Of a DNA stretch of 64,000 nucleotides, positions 29,443 to 39,916 are shown in pieces. The DNA is from Candidatus Hydrogenedentota bacterium (GTDB lineage Bacteria; Hydrogenedentota; Hydrogenedentia; Hydrogenedentales; SLHB01), in contig CAXXYE010000009.1 in assembly GCA_963674865.2 (NCBI GenBank), forward strand, positions 1,760,001 through 1,824,000, written 5' to 3'. Numbering within the stretch: position 1 is the first letter of the stretch; each line of letters opens with the position of its first letter. The notes under the pieces were generated by a model. The model was given only the letters and a program-made list of their open reading frames with translations, was not told the DNA's origin and ran no database searches. Made by a program: the position numbers and the translations under genes.

Positions 29443-32400
29443 ATGCGAACAACCCTATCGGCCGCGATCAAGGCTATCCAACCATCCGGCGCCACCCTCT
29501 TCATGGCTGCGATACTTGCTGTGGCGCTGCCACTCCCAAACGCCTTTGCCCAAGGGATCGAAAGCATCTCCCCAAACGCCGCCGTGCAAGGCCAAACGGA
29601 CCTCCTGGTTACATTCAACCTCACTCAGGCCACCCCGCCCACCCCGCCTTCCGACGTTCTACCCCTCGGCGCCCACCTTGGCGCCATGACGGGGACCTCG
29701 GTAACGCGCGCGCAATGGACAGTGACCGCACGCTTCAACATACCCGCGGATGAACCCGTCGGCCTCAAGGACGCGATTGTCGAATTCCCCTCCCCGCTCG
29801 AGGAGGGACGCATGCTCGTCCTGACGAAGATGGCGGCCTTCACCGTCTCCGCGGGCGGCGAAGGTGAAGGAGAGGGAGAGGGGGAAGGCGAAGGCGAACT
29901 GCCGGAAGTCTCCTACCCTGTCGTCGACACAGGCCAGAGCCAGTGCTATGACGATTCTTCCGCCATCGCCCGCCCCGGCGCCGCGGACGCTTTCTACGGC
30001 CAGGACGCGCAATACAACGGCCGCCAACCAAGCTACACCGTCAGCGGCGACGGCCTCACCGTGTACGACAACGTTACCGGCCTCACCTGGACCCGCAGTC
30101 CGGATGTCGATGGCGACGGCGACATCGACGTCGACGACAAGTTCACCTATGCAGCGGCCCAAAACTACCCCGCCACGCTCAACGCCGCGAGCTTCGGCGG
30201 CTACAGCGACTGGCGCGTACCGACGATCAAAGAGCTATACTCGCTCATCGACTTCCGCGGCGCCGACCCCCCGGTTGACAGCCTCTCCGGCGTGACGCCC
30301 TTCATCGACACCGATTACTTCGATTTCGGATACGGCGATACGGACGCAGGCGAGCGGATCATCGATTCCCAGTGGCTAACCACCACCCTGTACGTCGGCG
30401 CCGTCTTCAACGGCATGCAGGCCATGTTCGGCGTGAACTTCGCGGATGGGCGCATCAAGGGCTACGGCTTGAACGGCTCGGACGGATCTGAGAAGACCTT
30501 CTACATCCGCCTCTGCCGGGGAAACATCGACTACGGCGCCAACGACTTCGTGGACAACGGAGACGGCACCGTCTCCGACCTCGCCACCGGACTCATGTGG
30601 CAGCGGGCCGACAGCGCCGTCGGCATGAATTGGGAGGATGCCCTGGCCTACGCCGAGGGCCTTACCACCGGGGGCCGCACCGACTGGCGCCTGCCCAATG
30701 CCAAGGAGTTGCAGAGCATTGTCGACTACGGCCGCTCGCCCGGCACCACCGGCTCCGCGGCCATCGATCCCGTCTTTCATGCCACGCAGATCACCAATGA
30801 GGCAGGGCAGGCGGACTATGCCTTCTACTGGACAGGCACAACCCACGTCCGAGCTGATGGCACCGCGAGCGCTGCGGCCTATGTCGCATTCGGACGCGGC
30901 CTGGGATCGATGGACGGCGTGAACGTAATCGATGTCCACGGCGCCGGCTGCCAGCGAAGCGACCCTAAAGACGGCGATCCAGCCGACTACCCGACTTGGG
31001 GCGGAGGTCCCCAGGGCGATGTCCGCCGCGTGTTCAATTACGTCCGCTGTGTGCGCAACGACACCACTATCGGCGGCGAAGGCGAGGGGGAAGGAGAGGG
31101 CGAAGGCGAAGGTGAGGGAGAGGGGGAAGGCGAAGGCGAGGGAGAAGGCGAAGGTGAGGGGGAAGGTGAAGGTGAGGGGGAAGGTGAAGGCGGCGGAACC
31201 GTTGGCGTTCTCCTCAACACCGGCAGCGCCTTTTCCGGCTACACGCTCTTCGCTCCCCTAGCGTCCACTACCACCTACCTCATCGATATGCAGGGGCGCG
31301 TCGTCAACACGTGGCAAAGCGCCTACACCCCCGGCCTCTCCGTCTACCTCTTGGAGGATGGCTCCCTACTGCGCACGGCCAATGCGTCACAGCAGGCCCA
31401 AACCGCTTTCACCTCAGGAGGCGGCGCGGGAGGACGGGTCGAACGCTACGACTGGGATGGACAACTCCTCGACGCCATCGAGTACTATGGCCTGGACTAC
31501 ATGAGCCATCACGACGTCGAACCCCTGCCCAACGGCAACCTGCTGCTCATCGCCTGGGAGCGCAAGACCGAGGACCAGGCCCTAGCCGCCGGGCGCGACC
31601 CCAGCCTCCTCGACGAAGGGGAACTGTGGCCCGACCACATCATCGAAGTTGACGACGACGCGGACCTCGTCTGGGAATGGCACGTCTGGGACCACCTCGT
31701 CCAGGACTATGACTCCGCCAAGCTCAACTACGGCGTCGTGGCCGACTCACCCGGCAAGATCGATCTCAACTATGTCGGAACGCCCCAGGCCGGCGCCGAC
31801 TGGAATCACGTCAACGCCGTCGACTACAACCCCGAGTTCGACCAAATCCTTCTCAGCGCGCACAATTTCGGCGAAATCTGGGTGATCGACCACAACACAA
31901 CCACGCAAGAAGCCGCCGGCCCCGCGGGAGACTTGCTCTACCGCTGGGGCAACCCTGCCGCCTACGCTGCCGGTTCCCCCCAAGAGCGACAGTTGTTCGG
32001 ACAGCACGACGCCCGCTGGATTCCCGACGGCTGCCCCGGCGCCGGTGACATCCTCATCTTCAACAACGGCCAGAACCGCGAAGGCCTCGGTACCGGCTAC
32101 TCCACCGTGGACGAGATCGCCCCGCCCGTTGACACGGCTGGCGCCTACGCCATGACCTCCGGCGTGTACGGCCCCGCCGCGCCCCTCTGGAGCTACGAGG
32201 CCGATTCCCCGGAGGACTTCTACGCCGCCCGCATCTCCGGAGCCCATCGTTTGCCCGACGGCAACACCCTCATCTGCGAAGGCACATCCGGCCACTTCTT
32301 CGAGGTGACCGACGCCGGCGAAGCCGTCTGGCGCTACGTGAATCCCGTGACGCGCGACGGCATCGCCGCGCAGGGCGAATCCATCCCACAGAACCTCGAT

Positions 32401-32763
32401 GGCAGCTACCAGAACGAGGTCTTTCGCGCCACCCGCTATCCCGCCGCCTATCCAGCCTTTACCGGCCGCGACCTGACGCCCGGCGACACCATCGAAAGCT
32501 ATCCCGCGACAGGCGGCGAAGGAGAAGGTGAGGGCGAAGGCGAGGGAGAAGGTGAAGGCGAGGGAGAAGGCGAAGGTGAAGGTGAAGGCGTGGGAGAAGG
32601 CGAAGAGGCGATTGGGCCGAGCGGGTGCGCCGGCATAACAGGCGCGTCACCGGGAGGCCCCGCCGCTGGGAGTGACATACTCGCCCTATCGACGGCCATG
32701 GTGGCTCTGGCCCTCACTGGAATGCGACGAAAGCGGACCTGCGAAGCGCCATGGCGCCGGTGA
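29443..32763 (+). CDS. Secreted multidomain protein: DUF1566 (Lcl-like) domains, arylsulfotransferase-like propeller, (GE)n linkers, C-terminal anchor
   Basis: [26 protein letters not shown] and [10 protein letters not shown] (DUF1566); [33 protein letters not shown] (ASST-like); tail GCAG...[21 protein letters not shown]. Confidence 0.88.
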   Translation: MRTTLSAAIKAIQPSGATLFMAAILAVALPLPNAFAQGIESISPNAAVQGQTDLLVTFNLTQATPPTPPSDVLPLGAHLGAMTGTSVTRAQWTVTARFNIPADEPVGLKDAIVEFPSPLEEGRMLVLTKMAAFTVSAGGEGEGEGEGEGEGELPEVSYPVVDTGQSQCYDDSSAIARPGAADAFYGQDAQYNGRQPSYTVSGDGLTVYDNVTGLTWTRSPDVDGDGDIDVDDKFTYAAAQNYPATLNAASFGGYSDWRVPTIKELYSLIDFRGADPPVDSLSGVTPFIDTDYFDFGYGDTDAGERIIDSQWLTTTLYVGAVFNGMQAMFGVNFADGRIKGYGLNGSDGSEKTFYIRLCRGNIDYGANDFVDNGDGTVSDLATGLMWQRADSAVGMNWEDALAYAEGLTTGGRTDWRLPNAKELQSIVDYGRSPGTTGSAAIDPVFHATQITNEAGQADYAFYWTGTTHVRADGTASAAAYVAFGRGLGSMDGVNVIDVHGAGCQRSDPKDGDPADYPTWGGGPQGDVRRVFNYVRCVRNDTTIGGEGEGEGEGEGEGEGEGEGEGEGEGEGEGEGEGEGEGEGGGTVGVLLNTGSAFSGYTLFAPLASTTTYLIDMQGRVVNTWQSAYTPGLSVYLLEDGSLLRTANASQQAQTAFTSGGGAGGRVERYDWDGQLLDAIEYYGLDYMSHHDVEPLPNGNLLLIAWERKTEDQALAAGRDPSLLDEGELWPDHIIEVDDDADLVWEWHVWDHLVQDYDSAKLNYGVVADSPGKIDLNYVGTPQAGADWNHVNAVDYNPEFDQILLSAHNFGEIWVIDHNTTTQEAAGPAGDLLYRWGNPAAYAAGSPQERQLFGQHDARWIPDGCPGAGDILIFNNGQNREGLGTGYSTVDEIAPPVDTAGAYAMTSGVYGPAAPLWSYEADSPEDFYAARISGAHRLPDGNTLICEGTSGHFFEVTDAGEAVWRYVNPVTRDGIAAQGESIPQNLDGSYQNEVFRATRYPAAYPAFTGRDLTPGDTIESYPATGGEGEGEGEGEGEGEGEGEGEGEGEGVGEGEEAIGPSGCAGITGASPGGPAAGSDILALSTAMVALALTGMRRKRTCEAPWRR
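31075..31188 (+). repeat. Coding (Gly-Glu)19 tract; shorter tracts at 29857..29898 and 32515..32604
   Basis: GGN-GAR hexamers with mixed synonymous codons. Confidence 0.95.
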
Positions 32764-32793
32764 TGCCACCCTACGAGTCATCCCACAAACGAA

Positions 32794-32829
32794 AGCGCCA
32801 GTGGTTCGTCCACGCAAACCACTGGCGCT
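32794..32829 (-). terminator. Hairpin terminator downstream of tRNA-Arg, possibly bidirectional
   Basis: Perfect 13-bp stem AGCGCCAGTGGTT/AACCACTGGCGCT followed by TTCGTTTG on the minus strand. Confidence 0.7.
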
Positions 32830-32842
32830 CAAGACATTAAAA

Positions 32843-32918
32843 TGGCGCGCTCGGCGCGATTCGAACGCGCGACACCTGGCTCCGGAGGCCAGTGCTCTAT
32901 CCACTGAGCTACGAGCGC
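32843..32918 (-). tRNA. tRNA-Arg (anticodon CCG)
   Basis: GCGCTCG acceptor stem, GCTC/GAGC D arm, CTGGC-CTCCGGA-GCCAG anticodon arm, GCGCG-TTCGAAT-CGCGC T arm, encoded CCA; 76 nt. Confidence 0.97.
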
Positions 32919-33085
32919 GCTGAGAAAAACCCAACGCCGATCAGATCCGAATCATAGCACAACGATTCCGGGGCCGTCCACCAGAGTTGCAACTCCGCAT
33001 CGCCGGCTAACTCGACCGCGCCGCGCACACGGCGCCTCGAATCCCCTCGTCTCTCGATGCCTACTTACCAGCCCGGCCACCGGGC

Positions 33086-33115
33086 TTGCAAAGATCCTGT
33101 CCAGCGCACTACAAT
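33086..33115 (+). promoter_or_regulatory. Possible sigma-70 promoter of the PP2C gene
   Basis: TTGCAA-18 bp-TACAAT. Confidence 0.45.
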
Positions 33116-33197
33116 GCCGGAGCCTTGCATCGAAGGGCCTGCGGACGGGAACAAGCCTTTCGGTAAGAGGGAAATGCGCTCAGTCGGATACCAGTAA

Positions 33198-34106
33198 ATG
33201 CCCCGTATACCTCTTACAGAAGGCGGACCCGACAAAGGGGGCAACTACGAGTACCATTGGTCGGGGCCGTTTCTTGAGATTCATTTCCTCTCCGATGTCG
33301 GCAAGTCACGCCGGCACAACGAGGACTCATGCATACTGTCGGCCCCGGAAGAGAAAGCCCTGGCCGACAAGCGCGGCATACTCACGGCTGTCGCCGACGG
33401 CATGGGCGGCGCCAGCGCGGGCGAGTTCGCAAGCCGCCTCGCCTTGCAGTCCATCTCCGAGCAGTACTTCGTTGCCGCCGCCGACACCACGCCGCTCTGC
33501 CTGCGGAAAGCCCTCGAACATGCCAACCGCCGCGTGTTCGACGAGGCAGAGCACAATCCCCGCTACCAAGGCATGGGCACCACCGTCTCCGCCCTGGTGC
33601 TCAAGGGCCAGTGGGCGTACGGCGCACAAGTCGGCGATAGCCGTATCTATCTCGCTCGCCCGAAACTCGACATCTGCCAGCTCACCGACGACCACTCCCT
33701 CGTCGCCGAGCAAGTACGCAATGGATTCATCACCGAAGACGAAGCCCGCAACCATTCTCTCAAGAATCTGATCACCCGCGCCGTGGGCATCCGCGACACC
33801 GTAAGCGTCGATCTGTTTGCCATACGCGCCGAGGTGGGCGACACCTTCCTCATATGCTCCGACGGCCTGTCCAACATGGTGACGGACGACGCCATCGGCC
33901 AATGCCTGGCCATGGATAATCTGCAAGGAAGCGCCAGAGTCCTTGTGGGACGCGCCCTCGAAGAAGGCGGCAGCGACAACGTCACCGTGGCCCTCCTGCG
34001 CATCACCGATGTCCCCCCGAAGACGGATCTCGAAAATGGCGCGACGGAGATCGTGCCGCCGGGCTCCGGGCTTCTCGGTAAGCTCAAGCGCCGGCTGCTC
34101 TCCTAG
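33198..34106 (+). CDS. PP2C-family Ser/Thr protein phosphatase (Stp1/IreP-like)
   Basis: SDVG..R..NED, VADGMGG, GMGTT, VGDSRIY, CSDGL, GGSDNVT. Confidence 0.95.
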   Translation: MPRIPLTEGGPDKGGNYEYHWSGPFLEIHFLSDVGKSRRHNEDSCILSAPEEKALADKRGILTAVADGMGGASAGEFASRLALQSISEQYFVAAADTTPLCLRKALEHANRRVFDEAEHNPRYQGMGTTVSALVLKGQWAYGAQVGDSRIYLARPKLDICQLTDDHSLVAEQVRNGFITEDEARNHSLKNLITRAVGIRDTVSVDLFAIRAEVGDTFLICSDGLSNMVTDDAIGQCLAMDNLQGSARVLVGRALEEGGSDNVTVALLRITDVPPKTDLENGATEIVPPGSGLLGKLKRRLLS

Positions 34107-36235
34107 CTTCCGGATACCTGCCCCGCCCAGGCCTCATACGCTGCCCGTATGTCTTCCGGACTGGTGAACGGCTTAATGACCACCCGGGCTCGATAGCCGT
34201 ACGTCTTCCCCTGTTCCGGCTCGCGAACGACGAACTGCCAGTCCCACGCCGGACTATGCGGATCGGGCCGCCCCGCCGCGTCCGCGATGAAATTCCACAT
34301 GGCGAAGCGGATCGGGGCGCACCGATCGAACATCATGATATAGGCCAGCGTGTCGCCCTCTGTCGCCAGGGCGCCATCCCCGTCTACAAGCCCATAGTAG
34401 AAGGGAAGCGAGAACTTCTTCGTCGGATGTTCGACGATATTCAGCGACTTCGAGTCCGCTTCATACGGCAGATCGTCCACGCCGGCGTAGGAGATCGTCC
34501 CCGTCTCGAAGCCTTCCGCCGTGTTCTCCCCGAAACTGACCCAGCCTTCACGCTCGCCATCCATCCCCCAGAAGTGGATCTTCCTGTCCCGCGTGCGGTT
34601 CATGTAGCTCGCCCACATGAACGCCGCGTACCCCAGCGGGAAATGCTCTCTCGTGGGCGTCAAGGAGCATTCCAGATCGACGACGCCCGGCGACTCGAAC
34701 GTGTACCGCATCGAGCAATCCACGCCCCAAGCCGAGTCCTCCGCCGGCCAATGCAGCGTCGCCGAGCGCTCCGAATGCCGCACCAGCGTACACGGGTCCT
34801 TCCGCGGCGTAAACATCGATATCTCCGCATCCGCGTCCGTCCCGTTGAAAATATGCTCGAAATTCAAGCCCACGGAATCCTCGCGGTAAATGCTCTTCCC
34901 GAGGTATTCCCCGTAATAAAGCGGATTGAGGCCGCCGCCCGCCCGGCCTGCGTTGGCCAGGTTATCGCGCAGCCGCCCCCGGAGCGCGCCGCTTTCGAGA
35001 TCCGCGTGATGACCGCCCTCCATTACGTACTTGATCCGCCGGTTCGCCTCCTGCAACGCACTCAGCAAGTAGCTTCGATGATTTGTGGCCGACACGTTGA
35101 TCGTCGCTTCCTGCTGCGGCAGGTCGAAGTTCCACAACGCCGCCAACGGCGCTTCCTCAAGTTCAATCGCGTTCAGCAGCATGAAGTTCTCTCGCCGTGC
35201 CGCGTCCCTCGCCTCAGGCTTTTCGGAGTCCGGCGCACCAAACTCGCCCACAAAGACCGTCTTACCCGCCCGCCCGGCGGCCTCCATGCTCAAATGCAGC
35301 AACTCCTCATACGCCGTGTAACTCTGCCCGAACCGGCCCTCATGATCGTGCGGATAGAGATGAATTGATACGAGGTCATGTAGATCCGGCGTGACCTCCA
35401 GTAGATTTGCCGCGAACTCCTCCCGGCTGTCCTGCGTCCACGCGCCCTCTGCACGGAGGTGATGGGCCGCCGACCGCGGCAGGCTATTCCCCGTCGTTAT
35501 CGGACGCCGCGCGTCAAAGCGCCGCACCACCTTGGCGAACTCGCGAAGCGCCGTCACAACCATGTCCTGCGTCATGTCATCCGCCTCACTGCGCGTCGTC
35601 GCCGTACCCAACTCAGGATGGATCCACGGCCGGTGCTTCGCCGCATTGGGCAGGTCGGCCGCAAGACTGTACTCGTTCCCGAACTCCCACGCCCAGATGG
35701 CTTCTGAATCCACATAGCGAAGGACCACTTCCTCGGTATAGGCCCGCATGAACGCCATCGTCTTGCTCTCGGGATCGCCCCAGGCGCTGCGCGGCTCACC
35801 CACCAAGTCGGGAACGCACGCCGCATACCAGAATAGACTCGGAATGAGGCCGATGCCGTGCTTCCCGGCGGCATCAACGACGTCGTCCAGCAGCTTGAAG
35901 TACGCCTCCTTGTCGGCCCTGTGGAGTTCGTAATCCACCGGCCAGAAGCCCCCCGCCATGAATCGTACGAACGGGATATCGTGCTTCGCCAATTCCGCAA
36001 AGCCCTCGCGATAACTCGTATCCTCCGCGTCCTTGAGTCTGCGGCTGAATGCGCTGAAGTAGTTGATACCGATGCCCCGGTATGGCGCGCCATCCCGTAG
36101 AATGACGCCGCCGGGGCCGACGCTGATCCCATTAGCCATGGAGACGTCTACCTCCTCCGTCCCCGCAACCGAGTAAACGACAAGAAGTGCACAAGCAGCA
36201 GTACGTAGCCGGCCGCGCAGTGTCTGAATACCCAT
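34103..36235 (-). CDS. Secreted GH5-like (clan GH-A) glycoside hydrolase fused to a C-terminal beta-sandwich (mutarotase-like) domain
   Basis: GINYF, AWEFGNE (acid/base), SIHLYP, VGEFG (nucleophile); second domain GLNFEHIFNG...PAWDWQF. Confidence 0.75.
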   Translation of the reverse strand: MGIQTLRGRLRTAACALLVVYSVAGTEEVDVSMANGISVGPGGVILRDGAPYRGIGINYFSAFSRRLKDAEDTSYREGFAELAKHDIPFVRFMAGGFWPVDYELHRADKEAYFKLLDDVVDAAGKHGIGLIPSLFWYAACVPDLVGEPRSAWGDPESKTMAFMRAYTEEVVLRYVDSEAIWAWEFGNEYSLAADLPNAAKHRPWIHPELGTATTRSEADDMTQDMVVTALREFAKVVRRFDARRPITTGNSLPRSAAHHLRAEGAWTQDSREEFAANLLEVTPDLHDLVSIHLYPHDHEGRFGQSYTAYEELLHLSMEAAGRAGKTVFVGEFGAPDSEKPEARDAARRENFMLLNAIELEEAPLAALWNFDLPQQEATINVSATNHRSYLLSALQEANRRIKYVMEGGHHADLESGALRGRLRDNLANAGRAGGGLNPLYYGEYLGKSIYREDSVGLNFEHIFNGTDADAEISMFTPRKDPCTLVRHSERSATLHWPAEDSAWGVDCSMRYTFESPGVVDLECSLTPTREHFPLGYAAFMWASYMNRTRDRKIHFWGMDGEREGWVSFGENTAEGFETGTISYAGVDDLPYEADSKSLNIVEHPTKKFSLPFYYGLVDGDGALATEGDTLAYIMMFDRCAPIRFAMWNFIADAAGRPDPHSPAWDWQFVVREPEQGKTYGYRARVVIKPFTSPEDIRAAYEAWAGQVSGS

Positions 36236-36317
36236 CGTCGCCCGTCCTCACCATCATTCCGCGGTTTTCGCCGGAAGAACACTACCACACCACACCGCCG
36301 TACCCCACCTCAACTTC

Positions 36318-37043
36318 CCGGCCCCACAAGGGCTCGCGACCACGCGTTCGGCGGGGAGGGTCACGCTCCTGCGTGACCGGGGGCGCCCACCCAGGCGCCA
36401 TGCCGCGCACAAGACCGCCGACCGTCTCGCCTTCCCCCCACGCAGCCGGTGCCCTGACTCCGGCCCTGCAAGGGCCGCGACCACGCGTTCGGCGGGGAGG
36501 GTCACGCTCCCGCGTGACCGCAGGCGTGCAGGGGCCCGCCCCACCCAGGCGCCGCCATGCCGCGCACAAGACCGCCGACCGTCTTGCCTTCCCCCCACGC
36601 AGCCGGTGCCCTGACTCCGGCCCTGCAAGGGCCGCGACCACGCGTTCGGCGGGGAGGGTCACGCTCCCGCGTGACCGCAGGCGTGCAGGGGCCCGCCCCA
36701 CCCAGGCGCCTCCATGCCGCGCACAAGACCGCCGACCGTCTTGCCTTCCCCCACGCAGCCGGTGCCCTGACTCCGGCCCCACAAGGGCCGCGACCACGCG
36801 TTCGGCGGGGAGGGTCACGCTCCTGCGTGACCGGGGGCGCCCACCCAGGCGCCATGCCGCGCACAAGACCGCCGACCGTCTTGCCTTCCCCCACGCAGCC
36901 GGTGCCCTGACTCCGGCCCCACAAGGGCCCGCGACCACGCGTTCGGCGGGGAGGGTCACGCTCCCGCGTGACCGGGGGCGTGCAGGAGCCCGCCTCTCCC
37001 AGGCGCCATGCCGCGCACAAGACCGCCGACCGTCTTGCCTTCC
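36318..37043. repeat. Tandem array of five 141-157 bp units carrying the GGTCACGCTCCYGCGTGACC hairpin
   Basis: GACCACGCGTTCGGCGGGGAGGGTCACG at 36338, 36479, 36636, 36792, 36933 (spacings 141, 157, 156, 141). Confidence 0.95.
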
Positions 37044-37295
37044 CACCGTGCCGCCACTCGGTACCCCGACACCCCGGCCCTGCAAGGGCCGTGCATACCA
37101 GCCCGGCGCAACGCGCCGGGAAACCGTCATACACCAGGACAAGCCCTGCAAGGGCGTGACAACCCGTCGTTTTAGCCCCCTACATCCTCACGGAACATTC
37201 GCATCTTAAGTGGTGTTTAAGTTTGGGGTTAGCGTACCCTACGTCCAAGACGCGACCGCAACGCAACGCATACCACTTCCTGTGGAACGCAGCGG

Positions 37296-39206
37296 TTGAA
37301 CCGTTTCCCGCGCCTGGACTATGCTCTCGGCAGGTCATTCTTGGAGATGTTTAACGTCATGCGACTCAGCGACATAGTCAACAATGGGCGTAGCCGCTGG
37401 TGGTTCTGGCCGGCGGTCGGCGCCGTAGTCCTCGTGCTCATCCTGAGCGTGGCGGCTTTTCGACGCCCAAACCACGGCTCCGGTAGCGCCGGCGACATTC
37501 CCACCTACGAGGTCCAGCAAGGCCCCCTCGTGATCAGCGTAACCGAAGCCGGCACCATCAAAGCCAGAGAACAGGTCGTTCTCAAGAGCGAAGTCGAAGG
37601 CCAGGCGGCTATCCTCTCCCTCATACCCGAGGGACAGGACGTCAAGAAGGGCGACCTCCTCGTCGAACTCGACGCCAGCGGCCTTCAAGACCAGCTTATT
37701 GACGAACAAATCAAGGTCCAAAACGCCGATGCCTCCTATGTCGCCGCGCGCGAGAACCTCGCCGTTGTCAAGAACCAGACCAAGAGCGATATAGAAAAAG
37801 CCCAATTGACCCTCCAGTTCGCCCGGGAGGACCTCACCAACTACGTAGAAGGCGATTTCCCCACCGAAATCAAGTCGTCCGACGCCAAAATCACCCTCTC
37901 TGAGGGCGAACTCAAGCGCGCCGAAGAGCGCCTGGCCGGCTCGAAAAGGCTCTTCGAAAAGGACTTCATCACCGGCACCGAACTCAGGGCCGACGAGCTT
38001 TCTGCCGAGAAAGCGCGGCTAGATCTCGAGCTCGCCCAGGCCAACAGAGCCCTCCTCAGCGACTTCACCTACAAAAGGACCATGACCCAGCTCGAGAGCG
38101 ACGTGCAGCAGGCCGAGCTGGCCCTCGAACGCGTGAAGCTGAAGGCCAACGCCGACATCGCCCAGGCCGAAGCGCAGTACAAGGCCAAGGAATCCGAGTT
38201 CAGGCGCCAGCAGAGCAAGCTCGAAAAACTTGAGGCCCAGATCGAGAAAACAAAGATCTATGCCCCCATCGACGGTATGGTTGTCTACGCCACCACCGGG
38301 CAGGGAAACTGGCGCGGCAACACCGAACCTCTTGAAGAAGGCCAGGTCGTTCGCGAGCGCCAGGAGCTGATCCACCTCCCCACCGCGTCCTCCGTGATGG
38401 CCGAGGTCAAAGTGCACGAGTCCAGCCTGAGCAAGATCAAGGTCGGCCTCCCCGTTCGCGTCACCGTCGAGGCCCTTCCAGGGAGATCCTTCACGGGCCG
38501 CGTCCAATCCATCGGCCTCTTGCCCGACGCCCAAAGCGTCTTCCTCAATCCCGACCTCAAAGTCTACAACACCGAGATCTATCTCGATGGCGACGGCAGC
38601 GGCCTGCGTACCGGCATGAGTTGCCGCGCCGAGATCATCGTCGAAGAGTACCCCGATGCTGTCTACGTGCCCATTCAGGCCGTCGTGCGCGTGAAGGGCC
38701 AGCCCACCGTGTACGTCGTCAACGGCCGCAATAGCGAGCCGCGGGCCGTCGAACTCGGCTTCGACAACAACCGCGTCGCACGAATCATCAGCGGCCTCGA
38801 AAAGGGTGAGCGCGTCCTCTTGGCCCCGCCCCTGGCGCCCGCCGACGACGAGGGCGGCGGTGATTTCACTGCAACCGGCGACGCCACTGCTCCGCCCACC
38901 GAGCCGGTGCGAAGGGAGGCCGCCGCGCCCCCATCGCGTCCCCCGTCCGAATCCCCGCCCGGCGCCCGCCCGGCGGGACCTCCTAGTGTCGACGGCGGCG
39001 GCAGCCCCGGACGTGGCCCACGGCCCGATGACAACGCCTCCCCCGAGGAGCGCGAACGTAGACGCGAGGAATTCCGCAAGCGCATGGAAAGCATGTCTCC
39101 CGAGGAGAGAGAGCAAATGCGCCAGCAACGCGGCTCTCGCGGCGACCGTCCCGAGCGCTCCGGGGACCGGCCGAGACGATCCGAAGCCGGAGACCGGCCC
39201 GAATGA
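37296..39206 (+). CDS. Efflux membrane fusion protein (MacA/HlyD-like) with long coiled coil and Pro/Arg/Glu-rich tail
   Basis: N-terminal TM, EGQDVKKGDLLVELD, KIYAPIDGMVVY, LRTGMSC. Start may be ATG 37347 or 37359. Confidence 0.88.
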   Translation: MNRFPRLDYALGRSFLEMFNVMRLSDIVNNGRSRWWFWPAVGAVVLVLILSVAAFRRPNHGSGSAGDIPTYEVQQGPLVISVTEAGTIKAREQVVLKSEVEGQAAILSLIPEGQDVKKGDLLVELDASGLQDQLIDEQIKVQNADASYVAARENLAVVKNQTKSDIEKAQLTLQFAREDLTNYVEGDFPTEIKSSDAKITLSEGELKRAEERLAGSKRLFEKDFITGTELRADELSAEKARLDLELAQANRALLSDFTYKRTMTQLESDVQQAELALERVKLKANADIAQAEAQYKAKESEFRRQQSKLEKLEAQIEKTKIYAPIDGMVVYATTGQGNWRGNTEPLEEGQVVRERQELIHLPTASSVMAEVKVHESSLSKIKVGLPVRVTVEALPGRSFTGRVQSIGLLPDAQSVFLNPDLKVYNTEIYLDGDGSGLRTGMSCRAEIIVEEYPDAVYVPIQAVVRVKGQPTVYVVNGRNSEPRAVELGFDNNRVARIISGLEKGERVLLAPPLAPADDEGGGDFTATGDATAPPTEPVRREAAAPPSRPPSESPPGARPAGPPSVDGGGSPGRGPRPDDNASPEERERRREEFRKRMESMSPEEREQMRQQRGSRGDRPERSGDRPRRSEAGDRPE

Positions 39207-39916
39207 CCTCGGTAGTAAGCGGCTCCGCTAACGGCCTCGTCGCTCAGATCGAGGACGTTGAGAAGATTTACAAAATGGGCGCCGAGGCCGTCCACGCCCT
39301 CGCCGGTGTGTCTATCGGCTTTCAACGGGGAAGCTTCTACGCCATCATGGGCGCCAGCGGCTCGGGCAAGAGCACCATGCTCAATCTCCTCGGATGCCTC
39401 GACCGCCCCACCTCCGGCCGCTACATACTCGAAGGCCATGACGTCAGTACACTCAACGACGACGCCCTGAGCGATCTCCGCCTTCGCCACCTCGGATTCA
39501 TCTTCCAGAGTTTCAACCTCATTCCCCAGCTAAGCGTCCAGGAAAACATCGAATTGCCCCTCTTCTACCTCGGTTGGGAGGCCGAGAGGAGCGCGGCCCA
39601 CGCGCGCGAACTCGCCACGCTCGTCGGCCTGGGAGAACGCCTCGAACACCGCCCGATGGAACTTTCCGGCGGTCAACAGCAGCGCGTCGCCGTCGCACGC
39701 GCCCTTGCCAACGACCCCGCCATCATTCTCGCCGACGAACCTACAGGCAACCTCGACTCCGCCACCGGTGAGCAAATGATGCGTCTTCTACGCGATCTTA
39801 ACGGCGAGGGTAAGACCATTATCATGGTGACCCACGAGCCTGACATCGCCGCCTACGCCCAAGTCCGCATCCATATGCGGGACGGCCGCATCGACCGCAT
39901 CGAGGATGACGCCTGA
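39203..39916 (+). CDS. ABC transporter ATP-binding protein (MacB/LolD-like)
   Basis: [30 protein letters not shown]. Confidence 0.95.
   Translation: MTSVVSGSANGLVAQIEDVEKIYKMGAEAVHALAGVSIGFQRGSFYAIMGASGSGKSTMLNLLGCLDRPTSGRYILEGHDVSTLNDDALSDLRLRHLGFIFQSFNLIPQLSVQENIELPLFYLGWEAERSAAHARELATLVGLGERLEHRPMELSGGQQQRVAVARALANDPAIILADEPTGNLDSATGEQMMRLLRDLNGEGKTIIMVTHEPDIAAYAQVRIHMRDGRIDRIEDDA

Noticed and set aside
32843..32918. tRNA-Arg as the attachment site of an integrated element
   Set aside because: I found no duplicate of the tRNA 3' end and no integrase in the window.
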